A program made the translations under genes and the position numbers. Below, in pieces: positions 8,696 to 19,177 of a stretch of 50,287 bases of DNA. The DNA comes from a virus (lineage: Duplodnaviria; Caudoviricetes): IMG/VR virus record IMGVR_UViG_3300024999_000149, positions 1 to 50,287 of that record, one strand, 5' to 3'. Numbering within the stretch: position 1 is the stretch's first letter; each line of letters begins with the position of its first letter. The notes beneath the pieces were generated by a model. The model was given only the letters and a program-made list of their open reading frames with translations, had not been told where the DNA came from and did no database searches.

Positions 8696-10447
8696 TCATT
8701 TGTATTCAAATGGCCCTATTGATGGTGTTGCATTCCAACTATCACCGTCACCGTCTGCCGCTAATCCTACGTTTGTACCCGCTGCTACGAGGTCTGATCC
8801 GGGAGTCAAATGATAACAGTCTACTCTTGGCAGCGATCCGTCTGACCTTCGTGCTGCCCGTAACTGTGATAGTACAACAGACTTATAGTCTGCATCTGAT
8901 GCTACCGGACCCGTAGGTTCAAAATTTACATCATAACTATTATGATCAAACGTAATAAAAGCATCTATGTAACTAAATTGGTATTGGTAATTGCCATACG
9001 ATACGTTATTTCTTATTATTGATGCTCCATTAGTTCGAGCGTTATACCATTTAAAACCATGATCATCATTACCTACAGCTATATTATTATATATCTTCAT
9101 TTTTGCATTGCAGTTATTACAAACATAACCCGGATCTGTATTGTATGCACTTATACAATTCGTAACTTCTCTTTGATATGTAAGAGGGTCGTCATCTACC
9201 CATCCTAATTTAAACCCTGAAGCTGAATGCCCGGAAGTTACCCCATTCAAGAAGGCCCAGGATTTATCTATTATAACAATGCCTTCATTTCTCATAAGAT
9301 CTACTCCGTCATCAGAGTTATCCCACATACGACATCCGATAATGTAGTTCTTATAAGTCCCGACTGTAATATCCGCTATTTCAATTCCGTCAGAATTATT
9401 CCCAGGTGTAGGTACGGATAGGTGGTCATAATTATCATATGAATCACAATTTATTATATAATTATCATCACAATCATACAAGAAACAAATTCCAGATCCA
9501 CCATTGTCATGTACCTTTAATAATTCAAGCCTATTATGATGAGCGTAATCGAAGAAGCGAACTACCCCTACACCTATCTCATCGGTTAACTGCAATAGAT
9601 TTCTTACTTCAAGTCCATATAAATGCCAGTAACTGCATCTTCTGAATAGTAATTGAAACCTTGATCCTGCACCACCGTTATTTGCTGCATTATTATTCTG
9701 CCCATCTAAAATAGGTACTTCTCCGGGGTAGTTTCTGACAATAATCGGATTTAGGGCTGTACCGCTTTTGTTGTTTGCTCCAGCACAAGCATACCAATCA
9801 GTGCCAAATGGATTATATATGAATGTACCTATGGGAGAATATATACCTCCCCTGATATATAATGTATCACCAGCAACGATCTCATTAAACCCCTTCTGCC
9901 ATGTAGCCCACGGATTATCAAACGAACCGTCGCCCGTGTCATCATCCCCTGTTGTTGATACATAATAACCTCCTATATCAACCGGCTCAGGAATTGTGTC
10001 TCCCGGATACACATCTACTTCACTCACAGTTAAGTTATCACAGCACGCTCCGACAACGATCTTTTCATCCATGTCAAAGGTCAAAACAACAGTTGCCTGA
10101 TGGCACTTTTTCTCAAACTGCCATTCCATCTCTACATCGACGTTGTAAACTTGCTCGATCTCCCCGGTTTTAAACGTGAGTTCAATATGATCGTGCAGCT
10201 TCATTCGCTGAATAGCATCGACCATATAATCAGGAACCAATCCCGTGCGAATGCGATAACGTTTCATCCCACGTCGGTAGGTAGGGATAAAGTCACCGTC
10301 GCCGTTCTCTTGGCCGTCTTCTGTTTCTTCGTGAAACGGCTCAAGAACGTCACCGTCGAGATAGAACCAAAAGTGTTGACCGCCCTGATAGTAAATGTTA
10401 CCGAGGTCGCAGGTGTCCCAGTATTCAAATTTCAGATATTTATTCAT
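8696..10447 (-). CDS. Tail protein with C-terminal right-handed beta-helix (pectate lyase PL9-like depolymerase)
   Basis: YYVSTTGDDDTGDGSFDNPWAT, GDTLYIRGGIY, NCDSYDNYD, NSDG, NSDDGVD, GFKLG, PSIGPFE motifs. Confidence 0.8.
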   Translation of the reverse strand: MNKYLKFEYWDTCDLGNIYYQGGQHFWFYLDGDVLEPFHEETEDGQENGDGDFIPTYRRGMKRYRIRTGLVPDYMVDAIQRMKLHDHIELTFKTGEIEQVYNVDVEMEWQFEKKCHQATVVLTFDMDEKIVVGACCDNLTVSEVDVYPGDTIPEPVDIGGYYVSTTGDDDTGDGSFDNPWATWQKGFNEIVAGDTLYIRGGIYSPIGTFIYNPFGTDWYACAGANNKSGTALNPIIVRNYPGEVPILDGQNNNAANNGGAGSRFQLLFRRCSYWHLYGLEVRNLLQLTDEIGVGVVRFFDYAHHNRLELLKVHDNGGSGICFLYDCDDNYIINCDSYDNYDHLSVPTPGNNSDGIEIADITVGTYKNYIIGCRMWDNSDDGVDLMRNEGIVIIDKSWAFLNGVTSGHSASGFKLGWVDDDPLTYQREVTNCISAYNTDPGYVCNNCNAKMKIYNNIAVGNDDHGFKWYNARTNGASIIRNNVSYGNYQYQFSYIDAFITFDHNSYDVNFEPTGPVASDADYKSVVLSQLRAARRSDGSLPRVDCYHLTPGSDLVAAGTNVGLAADGDGDSWNATPSIGPFEYK

Positions 10448-12384
10448 TATATATGCCCTCCGTCAGCAGTTATTGTCCATAAATCGTCATTAATAAGTGA
10501 GGTACGGGCTGCTTGCCCTGTATCAGAATATTTTGAAGTTCCCCCGTGAAACGTTATGCTATTCGGCACGTCTGCTGCCGCCCATGCGATCAGAGTATTA
10601 TCATAATTCGTGGATGTCCCAGCGGCATTAATATCACAGCCCTCAAGCATTGAATTTAAAAATGCTATTGAGGTAAGAGAAAATGTCGCAAGTGATTGTT
10701 TAAATGCGCTGCAATTACCAAACATTTGCTGCATAGTTGTTACTGAAGAAGTATCGAACGTGGCAACGCTCTGGTTAAATGATATACATCCATAAAACAT
10801 GAAAGTCATAACAGTTGCCGATGATGTGTCAAAGCTTGCGACGCTCTGATTAAATGCAGCGCATGACATAAATAACGCATCGAAACTTACTATTAGCGAA
10901 GTATCAAAGTTTGCTACTGACTGATTAAAAACAGTACACCCACGAAACATTGAGGCTATTAAAGTAACATTTACAGTATTGAAATTACTGACACTCTGAT
11001 TAAATGCAGCGCAATTACGAAACATAAACCTCATGTCGTCAACTAAAAACGTGTCAAAGCTTGCGACACTTTGATTAAATGCAGTACACCCATCAAACAT
11101 ATAGGACATTTTAGTCGCCGCCGATGTATCAAATGCTACTGCCTGATTAAATACTGAACATCCCAAGAACATAAGTTCAAAGTTTGTTGCCGCCGAAGTA
11201 TTTGGTATATCGATATATCTGCCGGTCATATTAGAACAATAGGCAAACGCTTGATACATACTCGACCATTCAATATCACCCCACTGATCAATATAAATGA
11301 GTTTTAACTGTTCGCCTCCACTTAATAATGATAATGCTGTCATCCCCCCGCTCACGCTTACTTGATAAATGCCCTGTGCGGCGTAGGTATGGGATTTATT
11401 TCCTATTGTCGTAAATGTTTCTTCAGTACCGTCACCCCAATCAACTGTATAATCACCTGAGATAGCCGTAACTGGAAGAATGAAAGTGTCTGCCGCTGAA
11501 CCTGCCTTTGTGGTATCAATGGTTATCATAAACGGCTCTGGCATATCTGCACACTCTTCTGTCAATATTTCCCCTTCGTCATCTCGCATCACACACCCGT
11601 TAGCATCACGCATAGCACGGTAGCCGTCAGGAATATCATTCATTTCACAAACAGCATCAAACCACGCAGAGAAATAAACATAAGCCCCGTCGTCAATTCT
11701 TATGTAATATCTTCCACATTCAAGAAATGGGTAAAAACACTCTCCGTCGTGTATGTAATAAGTCCGTCCGTCGATTGTCAGAACATCAACCGTGATCGTT
11801 AAGGCCGTTTCCGTGCCGTCTAACGACACCAATGTGTAAGTAGGTGTACCACTTGTTGCGTTCTCGGTCGTGTACATAAACGGCAGAAACGAATCACACG
11901 GAGCAACAATAGAACCACAACTAACCAACTGCTCAGAGAACTTCAGAGGTGTCATCAGAAGGTCACGCAGTTTATAAGCGTTCTCAGTAAACTCAAAGTC
12001 CTCGACCGTAAAAGGTTCAAACCACCACGTCTCACCGGCCACAACTCGAAACTCATAAGCTCCACAATCTAATTCAGCAATAGTCGACCCGTCGTAAGAG
12101 TGAATATAAAACCCTTCGGTAACGACTGAAGTAACCGGCAAAGTGATTTCAGTCCACACACCTGACCCATAAACACTTATCTCTGACCTTATGTAGTCAC
12201 CCTCAGAAATGATCTGAAACGGAAGTAAAGAAAAGTTATCCGTGACAAGCGAAGGACAACACCCACCCGGGAAGCATATCTTCGACTGCGAGATGTATGA
12301 CATCCACGGCTGCGGCTCTTGCTTATGACAGTTAAATATCGACATAAACAACCTCTTTAGAAATAACCATATCTTTCTGAACAT
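10447..12384 (-). CDS. Tail protein with PKD-like domain and BspA/DUF285-type repeats
   Basis: YTVDWGDGT; about seven ~25-aa repeats of type MF.GC..FNQSVA.FDTS..T.M; NYDNTLIAWA...WTITADGG C-terminal cap. Confidence 0.8.
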   Translation of the reverse strand: MFRKIWLFLKRLFMSIFNCHKQEPQPWMSYISQSKICFPGGCCPSLVTDNFSLLPFQIISEGDYIRSEISVYGSGVWTEITLPVTSVVTEGFYIHSYDGSTIAELDCGAYEFRVVAGETWWFEPFTVEDFEFTENAYKLRDLLMTPLKFSEQLVSCGSIVAPCDSFLPFMYTTENATSGTPTYTLVSLDGTETALTITVDVLTIDGRTYYIHDGECFYPFLECGRYYIRIDDGAYVYFSAWFDAVCEMNDIPDGYRAMRDANGCVMRDDEGEILTEECADMPEPFMITIDTTKAGSAADTFILPVTAISGDYTVDWGDGTEETFTTIGNKSHTYAAQGIYQVSVSGGMTALSLLSGGEQLKLIYIDQWGDIEWSSMYQAFAYCSNMTGRYIDIPNTSAATNFELMFLGCSVFNQAVAFDTSAATKMSYMFDGCTAFNQSVASFDTFLVDDMRFMFRNCAAFNQSVSNFNTVNVTLIASMFRGCTVFNQSVANFDTSLIVSFDALFMSCAAFNQSVASFDTSSATVMTFMFYGCISFNQSVATFDTSSVTTMQQMFGNCSAFKQSLATFSLTSIAFLNSMLEGCDINAAGTSTNYDNTLIAWAAADVPNSITFHGGTSKYSDTGQAARTSLINDDLWTITADGGHI

Positions 12385-12387
12385 TTC

Positions 12388-14433
12388 TCATGCTGTATTC
12401 ACTTCTACACATTCCTCATTTGAATAAGCCGAACATCCAGCAACGTTACAAGCCTTAATCTGATAACAGAAGTCAGCTGGTCGATAATCATGGTTAGTGC
12501 TTTCACAGTCATCATAAGCATCCCACGTTCCAGGCACGGTATCAATGAGCGTATAAGCCCCTCCATCAATACTTCTCCAAATCTCAAAATACGAAGTAGT
12601 AAGCGGGACGGACCACCCTATATGAACGCATTCCCATTGATCCGATTGAGTGGCACCGTAAAGCGTCGGAGCAGCAGGCGGTGACCCGGGAGGCGCAGGC
12701 GGTGATCCGCAGTCGGCTATAATATCAAACGTCCCCGACCCGTTAACATAAATTACCCATCCGTCAAGTGAAGGATCGTAAGGATACATACCGTCAAAAG
12801 TAGTATGTTCGGTTGCTGTGTCTTCATCCTGATAAACAGTACCGGCAGGGATAATCACTTCGTAACATTCTTCCTCAAACAGTCCGTCGTCAAATAATAA
12901 GGTAAAATAAGTATCAACCGTATTAGGTTCGGATAAAGTAGTAGTAATGCTTCTCGGTGTGCTAACCACTACGTTTATTACCTTATATTTTGTTACCGGG
13001 GTCGGAGTGGTGTTTTTATCTTCACCGTAAACAAGGGTAAACTCTGCATGACCGTCAGGGTGAAGTGTAGCACTGTGAACATATCCCTTCTGACCTCCGA
13101 GGTAAGTCTCGCCTAATTCAGTTGTGATATAATCCTCAGGCGAATAGCCGTCTTCATAACATACAATAGCTTTAATCGGTTGTTTTCTTGTTTTAACAAC
13201 GCTTATAAAGTCAATCGGTGAACGTTCAATCTCTCCCGAAATCAGTACCCGTCCGTGCATGAACAATGTCCTTAGAAGATACGACCATGAACACACATAG
13301 TTATTACTTGCATTAGCGTTGTTATAGGCCGTACCGTAGTGAACATAATAAGCACCGCCGCTTTCGTAATTGGCCAAAATTACCCATCCTTCGTCAGATA
13401 TAGCACTCTCGATAAATCCGTCAGTCTCATTGGCACTCTTATAAATATAATCCAAATCAGTAGTCACTTCATACGCCACTTCGACCTTGTGTTTTTCGTC
13501 AACACAATTAGGATCATAACTGATTACATGAGGTGTATAATTTGTGTCATCGGCTTCCATGAAAGAAAACTTCTCATACCTCGGCATGGATTCTTTCAAG
13601 TAGTCATACTTGTTTTGCCGTGCTGCAATGGGCTGTGTACGCAGGTCCATACCCTCAAGTCCCTGCCAGTAATCGTAATGTTCTATTCTAAAAGTCGTCC
13701 CGTCGTATGACCAGAATAGATTGAAGATTTGCAGCATCTCCACCAGATCATTAAACGACAGTATGCCGTTTGTTGCAGGATTAGTTGAATTAGGTCTTTT
13801 AATATCCGACTTCTGCGCGAGAGTAAGATAACGCCACTTGTTTACATCGTTAGTAACAGGGTTTGTAGCGTTGTTCAGGAAGTTGCTCGCAATAACTGCC
13901 GCAGGCTCAATGTTCTGAACCATGTATTCAATAACGTCTGTTAACCAGAAATTACGGTCATAACTCTCTGCAGGGAATACCGTCGAAGTTACTACATCGT
14001 TATCCGGTCCTCCGGCCTGAAGGATATTATACTCAGTATCACCTTCAAAGTCAAAGTTCTTATAATTGTCATAAGGTAAAGGCGTAACGTCAAAAGTAGA
14101 GTTATCCAGGTCCCACGCTCCATCTGAAGTTGTAAAATATCCAGTCCAATAGTTGTGATAAGTATTTGCCCCGCTATCTTTTTGTTCAATTTCAAGAATG
14201 ATCTCCTGACAACCCAATGCACCTGATACAATTAGTTCTTCAGTGTAATAAAGTAAATCAAAATCAGAAGTGCCTATTTTTGTGTTACAATAAAACCGCA
14301 AAGTGCCGCTGAACTTGCGACGATAGTAAGCCTTGCCGTCTTCTTTCTGATCAACTAACGAGGTTTTAAGAAAGTTCTGCGGGAAGCATTCAACCCTCGA
14401 CGAGCCTACTGTTATGTAAAAGCGGTAGTTCAT
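12388..14433 (-). CDS. Minor tail/baseplate hub protein with C-terminal FN3-like domain
   Basis: Directly follows the tape measure; Pro-rich linker then W....YFEIWRS...YQIKACNVAGCSAYSN. Confidence 0.65.
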   Translation of the reverse strand: MNYRFYITVGSSRVECFPQNFLKTSLVDQKEDGKAYYRRKFSGTLRFYCNTKIGTSDFDLLYYTEELIVSGALGCQEIILEIEQKDSGANTYHNYWTGYFTTSDGAWDLDNSTFDVTPLPYDNYKNFDFEGDTEYNILQAGGPDNDVVTSTVFPAESYDRNFWLTDVIEYMVQNIEPAAVIASNFLNNATNPVTNDVNKWRYLTLAQKSDIKRPNSTNPATNGILSFNDLVEMLQIFNLFWSYDGTTFRIEHYDYWQGLEGMDLRTQPIAARQNKYDYLKESMPRYEKFSFMEADDTNYTPHVISYDPNCVDEKHKVEVAYEVTTDLDYIYKSANETDGFIESAISDEGWVILANYESGGAYYVHYGTAYNNANASNNYVCSWSYLLRTLFMHGRVLISGEIERSPIDFISVVKTRKQPIKAIVCYEDGYSPEDYITTELGETYLGGQKGYVHSATLHPDGHAEFTLVYGEDKNTTPTPVTKYKVINVVVSTPRSITTTLSEPNTVDTYFTLLFDDGLFEEECYEVIIPAGTVYQDEDTATEHTTFDGMYPYDPSLDGWVIYVNGSGTFDIIADCGSPPAPPGSPPAAPTLYGATQSDQWECVHIGWSVPLTTSYFEIWRSIDGGAYTLIDTVPGTWDAYDDCESTNHDYRPADFCYQIKACNVAGCSAYSNEECVEVNTA

Positions 14434-17039
14434 TTTCTTATGATCCTCGTCTTATTACCAATCTTTTCAATTATTCTATCCCCTAAGTCAGTGCGTTCTC
14501 TCTTCTGTCCGAACTTGCTGTTTAATCGCACGAGTTCACCGTGAACCCTATCTAACCTTTCATTGGTCTGATTAACGTCAATAATGATATTCGGATCACC
14601 TGTTACTGCATCTATCGGCACACGGTCTTTATTAAATGAAGTAACTATTTCTGAAAATGCCTTGCCGTATTTTGCCGAAGCCCTGCGGTTCAGTACACCC
14701 CATCGCTCGCCACGTTCAACCTCGACATGATCCAGGAACCGTTCACCACCCTGTGAGTGACGACGACCTGTAATTACACCGGTGTCATCACCCGTACCAC
14801 CTTCTGCGAGTTTCGTGGCCTGCGCAGCCTTGACCTTAGCAGCAGCAAACGCACCGAACATTGAAGCCACAGCAGCAATAGCAAGTATCTGACCGACGAG
14901 AGGAATTGTAGAGAACCCCTTAAATATATTTGCCGTCGCAGACAATAATGAAGATATTTGAGTAGCAGTATCCATTGCTTGTTTAGCCTTCAGCGCCTTC
15001 TCTTCATCTTTTAACGCCTTTTCACGTGCAGCCTTAAGATCTTCAATCTCTTTGCGTTTTGCATCGACGTTATTGGCATAACCTATCTCGGCTAACTTAA
15101 CTTCAGTTTCTAATGCCCGCTGTGCCTCGGATATTTGAGTGTCCAATAGTTCACGGGTACGCTCTGCATCCTTTACACGTGCATCAAATATCTCATCTAA
15201 GGCATCAACAGCGGCCTGCACGCCCTCTTTAAGTGCGCTCTGAAGTTCTTCATTGTCACCTATGCCGAGAGCGTCCCAGAAGGTCTTTTTATCTCCTTTA
15301 TCAAGTTGGCCTATCTCTTTATTCCAAATATCAATGCGTTGCTTTAATATAGCTATCTCGGTTTGCGAGGTTTCGTCGCCTATTGCCTGAAGGAGTTTTA
15401 TATCCTCTTCGGCAAACTTGATTTTTAACTTTAACTTTTCTTCTTCATTGTCCTCAATCAGATCAAGTGCCTCTTCTTGTAACGTGCGCTCAAGTTCACG
15501 TACCTTATCACCGTGACCGACCATCTCATCAAACGCTTTCTGATCATAGTCAGCCGATTGTTTTAAGAACTCGATGTTTACGCTCTCTTCTAATCCCGCT
15601 AACCAACGATAATGATCTTCAGTAAGGTCGCCCATGCTTTCAAGGTGTGCGCGAAGCATTAACAATTGTTGTAACTGAAAATCACGTTCAGCAGCGAAAC
15701 GCTCCGGCCCTTCAAGTCGATCTATCTGATCTTTATCGTACTGGTCCTGTAACTGAAGTGAAGCCTGTAAAAACTCTTCAAGTTTCTTTTGACGGTCATC
15801 TAATGTTTTACCCTCTTCTCTGGCAAGCATATTTCCGGAAAGCTCCATCATTGTATTTGCACGGATAGTGCTTCGTTCTACATCTATCTGTTTTTGCTTT
15901 ACAGCCTCTAATGCAGAGGTTATCTTTTCTCTCGGTATATCAGTGACATTACCCCACTTTTCATATTCCTGTGACATTTTTTGTATCTCAGGCGGGATAG
16001 ATGCAATGGCCGCCCTTAAATCTTCAATCTTTTTAGTATCTATTTTTGTACCTATCTGCGTATAAACACCCTCCGGACTTGTTTCCATAATCGGAGTGCC
16101 TTTCTCGGCAGCAGCAAGTTGCTTTACAAGAGACTGATAGTTTTTAAGTGCCTCTTCGTTTTCTTCAAATGCTTTGGCACTTCTGATATTGTTAATAATT
16201 TGTTCATTTACTCGTTTCTTTTCTGCATCTGAAATATCCGCAGAATAACCCATTATCTGACGTGCAGCATCCAACTCGGCATCAACTCTCAGTTGTAATA
16301 GTTCAATAGCAGCTACCTCCCCCTCTTCTGCAATCTTAATATATTCCTCTGCCGCCTCTTTACGCTTGCGATAACCCTCTACACCTACAAGTCCTGTATT
16401 ACGATAAATCTTTGCCAATTCAGTCATCCTGTCCTGACGGTCAAGTTCTTCAAGTCGTAACTGTTTTTCACGGTCACCGATAGCATCAAGAGCCTCAGAG
16501 TATTCAATCCCTGCCCTTCGAGCTTCGGCTAATCGTTTCCCTAAATCAGCCCAATTGCCCGAAGCAACGGAACGACTTAATTCATCAAGTGCAAACTTAA
16601 TACCTGTTAGTTCTTTTTTCAGTAAGTCCCCAGTCTGCTGAGTGGAGTTCATTATCGCATTGAAAACCTTTATTGCAGCATGAACGGTGAGATAAGTTCC
16701 GGCAAGCCTCTTCAGCCCGGTAATCATGTCGTTATTACCTTTCTTCTGCTTCTCCTGCGTTTTTTCAACCTCAACTCCTGCGTTTTTAACCCTATCAAGT
16801 TCTTTCTGAGTATTTTTTATAGCCTTATTAAATTCTACAACATCCTTCTCATTAAATGCTTTTCTCCTCTGCTCATTCAACTCCTTCATATCAGCTTCTA
16901 AGCCCTCAATCAGCCCTTTAGTTGATGAATAGGTTTTCTTTTGAGTTGAGGCCATTTTCTCAGTAGCCTGATTAACCTCTTTGGCACTCTGGATGTACTG
17001 TGAATTGTCCGCTACTATTTCAAGCTCTATGCGTTTCAT
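14430..17039 (-). CDS. Tape measure-like protein
   Basis: 869 aa, extensive coiled coil, hydrophobic stretch, C-terminal LAEGG..G.RHSQGGE...EVERGE motif. Confidence 0.75.
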   Translation of the reverse strand: MKRIELEIVADNSQYIQSAKEVNQATEKMASTQKKTYSSTKGLIEGLEADMKELNEQRRKAFNEKDVVEFNKAIKNTQKELDRVKNAGVEVEKTQEKQKKGNNDMITGLKRLAGTYLTVHAAIKVFNAIMNSTQQTGDLLKKELTGIKFALDELSRSVASGNWADLGKRLAEARRAGIEYSEALDAIGDREKQLRLEELDRQDRMTELAKIYRNTGLVGVEGYRKRKEAAEEYIKIAEEGEVAAIELLQLRVDAELDAARQIMGYSADISDAEKKRVNEQIINNIRSAKAFEENEEALKNYQSLVKQLAAAEKGTPIMETSPEGVYTQIGTKIDTKKIEDLRAAIASIPPEIQKMSQEYEKWGNVTDIPREKITSALEAVKQKQIDVERSTIRANTMMELSGNMLAREEGKTLDDRQKKLEEFLQASLQLQDQYDKDQIDRLEGPERFAAERDFQLQQLLMLRAHLESMGDLTEDHYRWLAGLEESVNIEFLKQSADYDQKAFDEMVGHGDKVRELERTLQEEALDLIEDNEEEKLKLKIKFAEEDIKLLQAIGDETSQTEIAILKQRIDIWNKEIGQLDKGDKKTFWDALGIGDNEELQSALKEGVQAAVDALDEIFDARVKDAERTRELLDTQISEAQRALETEVKLAEIGYANNVDAKRKEIEDLKAAREKALKDEEKALKAKQAMDTATQISSLLSATANIFKGFSTIPLVGQILAIAAVASMFGAFAAAKVKAAQATKLAEGGTGDDTGVITGRRHSQGGERFLDHVEVERGERWGVLNRRASAKYGKAFSEIVTSFNKDRVPIDAVTGDPNIIIDVNQTNERLDRVHGELVRLNSKFGQKRERTDLGDRIIEKIGNKTRIIRK

Positions 17040-17296
17040 TTCTTTTTCCTTTTTGCCTCGTCTGCCCGTTTCTTCATAGCGTTTACCTTCGCCTCGTAGT
17101 TACTCAGGAATGAAAAGAACTCAAACACATCAAACCTACAAAGGCGGTCAATCTCCGAAGGCTGCCCGTCACTGACGGCGTATAAAAGATTGTTCCAGTA
17201 TTTTTCATTCTCTACAAGTGTTTTATAAATGTTCCTCAGTCCTCCTTCACCTTTGTTAAAGTATTGCGGGTAGTGAGTTTGTAGGCTGGCATCCAA
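17036..17296 (-). CDS. Putative tail assembly chaperone, C-terminal (GT-like) part
   Basis: Overlaps the upstream ORF in the -1 frame and lies just before the tape measure. Confidence 0.5.
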   Translation of the reverse strand: MDASLQTHYPQYFNKGEGGLRNIYKTLVENEKYWNNLLYAVSDGQPSEIDRLCRFDVFEFFSFLSNYEAKVNAMKKRADEAKRKKK

Positions 17297-17706
17297 CCGT
17301 CCACTAAGCTGGCTGCCAAGTGGAAGAAAGGGCTTACCTCCAATTCCTTCGACCAGCAGTCGATCTTTTCCTTCATCCGCTTTTCGTCAAATACCGTCGT
17401 ATCTTCATCCTTTTCATTAATAAACAAAGCACACAATCTCAGAGCAGGAGCGTCCTTTTCTTCGATCATTGCCGTACCCGTCAAAATATTGTAAAGCGTA
17501 ACTGATACATCAGCGTAATTCTTTGCCGTCTGCATTAGATCGTAACATTTCTGAACGTCCTTAAACAAGTCTACGAAAGTCCTCGAAAACCCGAACTCAA
17601 TACTCAATCTTTGCAGTTCACGGTAACGATTAAATGAAAGCGTATCCTCAATAAAAAAGGTACGCCCTCCGCATTCAAACTTATCCTTTAGGTCAATTAC
17701 TCTCAT
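17236..17706 (-). CDS. Putative tail assembly chaperone (G-like)
   Basis: 156-aa helical ORF two genes before the tape measure. Confidence 0.55.
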   Translation of the reverse strand: MRVIDLKDKFECGGRTFFIEDTLSFNRYRELQRLSIEFGFSRTFVDLFKDVQKCYDLMQTAKNYADVSVTLYNILTGTAMIEEKDAPALRLCALFINEKDEDTTVFDEKRMKEKIDCWSKELEVSPFFHLAASLVDGWMPAYKLTTRNTLTKVKED

Positions 17707-17983
17707 AGGTTATTATTTTGTCAATAATCAAAACTGTTAATATCGTAGCCGAGATAAACCAAATATGATCAAACAGGTTATAAGTGTGAAAGTGAGCGAT
17801 CAGGTAGTACCATGTAGCACACTGTCCTGAAAAGCACGCTAAACAGCCACCCAATGGTTTATAAAGATAGTCGCTCTTTATCCGTTCAATCAGTCGCCCG
17901 TACCACCCGAAGATCATTTTATCCTCGGTCAGAAGAATAAACACATAGGCTATAACCGCAACTTTCAGTATCTCGACTAACAT
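17693..17983 (-). CDS. Small membrane protein with CxxC (DUF1360-like)
   Basis: Likely start ATG 17983; KPLGGCLACFSGQ between TM segments. Confidence 0.55.
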   Translation of the reverse strand: MLVEILKVAVIAYVFILLTEDKMIFGWYGRLIERIKSDYLYKPLGGCLACFSGQCATWYYLIAHFHTYNLFDHIWFISATILTVLIIDKIITYESN

Positions 17984-18564
17984 TCCGTACACCCTTCCGT
18001 TGGTACAACACATTCAGGTACAAGGTAGAACTCAGTCCGAAGATCGAGTGAAAAGAAATCATAGGGGAGCATAAGGAACTGTGAATGTTTTTCGTCAAAC
18101 GTGTACTTCGAGAACACACCCGATGACCTCTGTGCCTGTGAAGTTACCGTAATCGACAACCTGATCATATCGCCGACGTTCTGCGGAAATGCCGGTAAAG
18201 CCTTGATAATAGAGATAATGTAATCACCCGACGACCCGCAACCTCCCTCGGTGAGCTTCTTATAATTTAACCATGCTACTAATCGTAGGCGGCTTTCATA
18301 AATGAGTTTACCGCCCTCCTGACGAATGAAATTAAATGACCCATCTTCAAAGAAGACGACACTGCTGTATTGTGAGTTAGGCATCAATTCATCATAACAC
18401 CCCTGAGTACACGCATCATCAAAGGTGAGATCACATGAAATAGGGAAGCGTTTTTCTACCCCGCCCTGCGTGACCTTTGCTATCTGAGTTAATCCTGCGA
18501 TCTTGTCGATCCAATCCAGGTCTTTGATGTAACCCACGACAATATTTGCGATCTTGTTATTCAT
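17977..18564 (-). CDS. Putative tail completion/terminator protein
   Basis: Position between head and tail genes; 195 aa. Confidence 0.5.
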   Translation of the reverse strand: MNNKIANIVVGYIKDLDWIDKIAGLTQIAKVTQGGVEKRFPISCDLTFDDACTQGCYDELMPNSQYSSVVFFEDGSFNFIRQEGGKLIYESRLRLVAWLNYKKLTEGGCGSSGDYIISIIKALPAFPQNVGDMIRLSITVTSQAQRSSGVFSKYTFDEKHSQFLMLPYDFFSLDLRTEFYLVPECVVPTEGCTEC

Positions 18565-19177
18565 TCCACTTTGCTGCTAACCATTCCTCAATCGTATCAC
18601 TCAAGATGCTTATCTCACTATCTGATAGCATCAGGATATCTCCCCTGCGTTCTGTATTACCGGCCAGTTTGGTGTTTTGTTCCTCAGATAATGTACCTAT
18701 ACGTGCGTGACCTTGACGATGCTCATCATCTGAACTAATAACCTGGACACCGTCTCCCTGTGCGCCATTGGCCTGTAAATTACCCATCATCTCTCCGGTC
18801 CACGTGAAGTCAACATGATTAGTCTGCCGACCATGAAGATCACGAAACTCCTTATATCCGCCTTCAATTACAAATACCCGTGCAGGCTTATTTGTCTTAC
18901 TAATCGTAACCCACTTTAATTCTTTGCGCTTTTCTTTTGACCCTGCAAGCTGATTACAAACAGCTGCGCTCATGTACTTACTTGAGCAATTCGCAAGCAT
19001 AGGCTTAGTCGAATAAGGAGAGAAAGGAGTACCTTCAGCATTAATACCTGTGTTAACAACACGTTCCTTTATCATTGTTGCTCCAGAAGCGGCAATACCA
19101 ACCATAAGATTACCGAACTCGCTGACCGTTTCAACAGTAACTGCATCCATGTGCTTTATGGCCATTTCAATCTTCAT
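18557..19177 (-). CDS. Putative neck/tail completion protein
   Basis: Likely ATG 19177 overlapping the upstream TGA; G.NA.G..FSPYS...VDFTWTGEM motif of virion morphogenesis proteins. Confidence 0.55.
   Translation of the reverse strand: MKIEMAIKHMDAVTVETVSEFGNLMVGIAASGATMIKERVVNTGINAEGTPFSPYSTKPMLANCSSKYMSAAVCNQLAGSKEKRKELKWVTISKTNKPARVFVIEGGYKEFRDLHGRQTNHVDFTWTGEMMGNLQANGAQGDGVQVISSDDEHRQGHARIGTLSEEQNTKLAGNTERRGDILMLSDSEISILSDTIEEWLAAKWNE

Noticed and set aside
10610-11200. Diversity-generating retroelement target in the DUF285 repeats
   Set aside because: No reverse transcriptase in the genome and no template/variable pair differing only at adenines seen; these are ordinary protein repeats.
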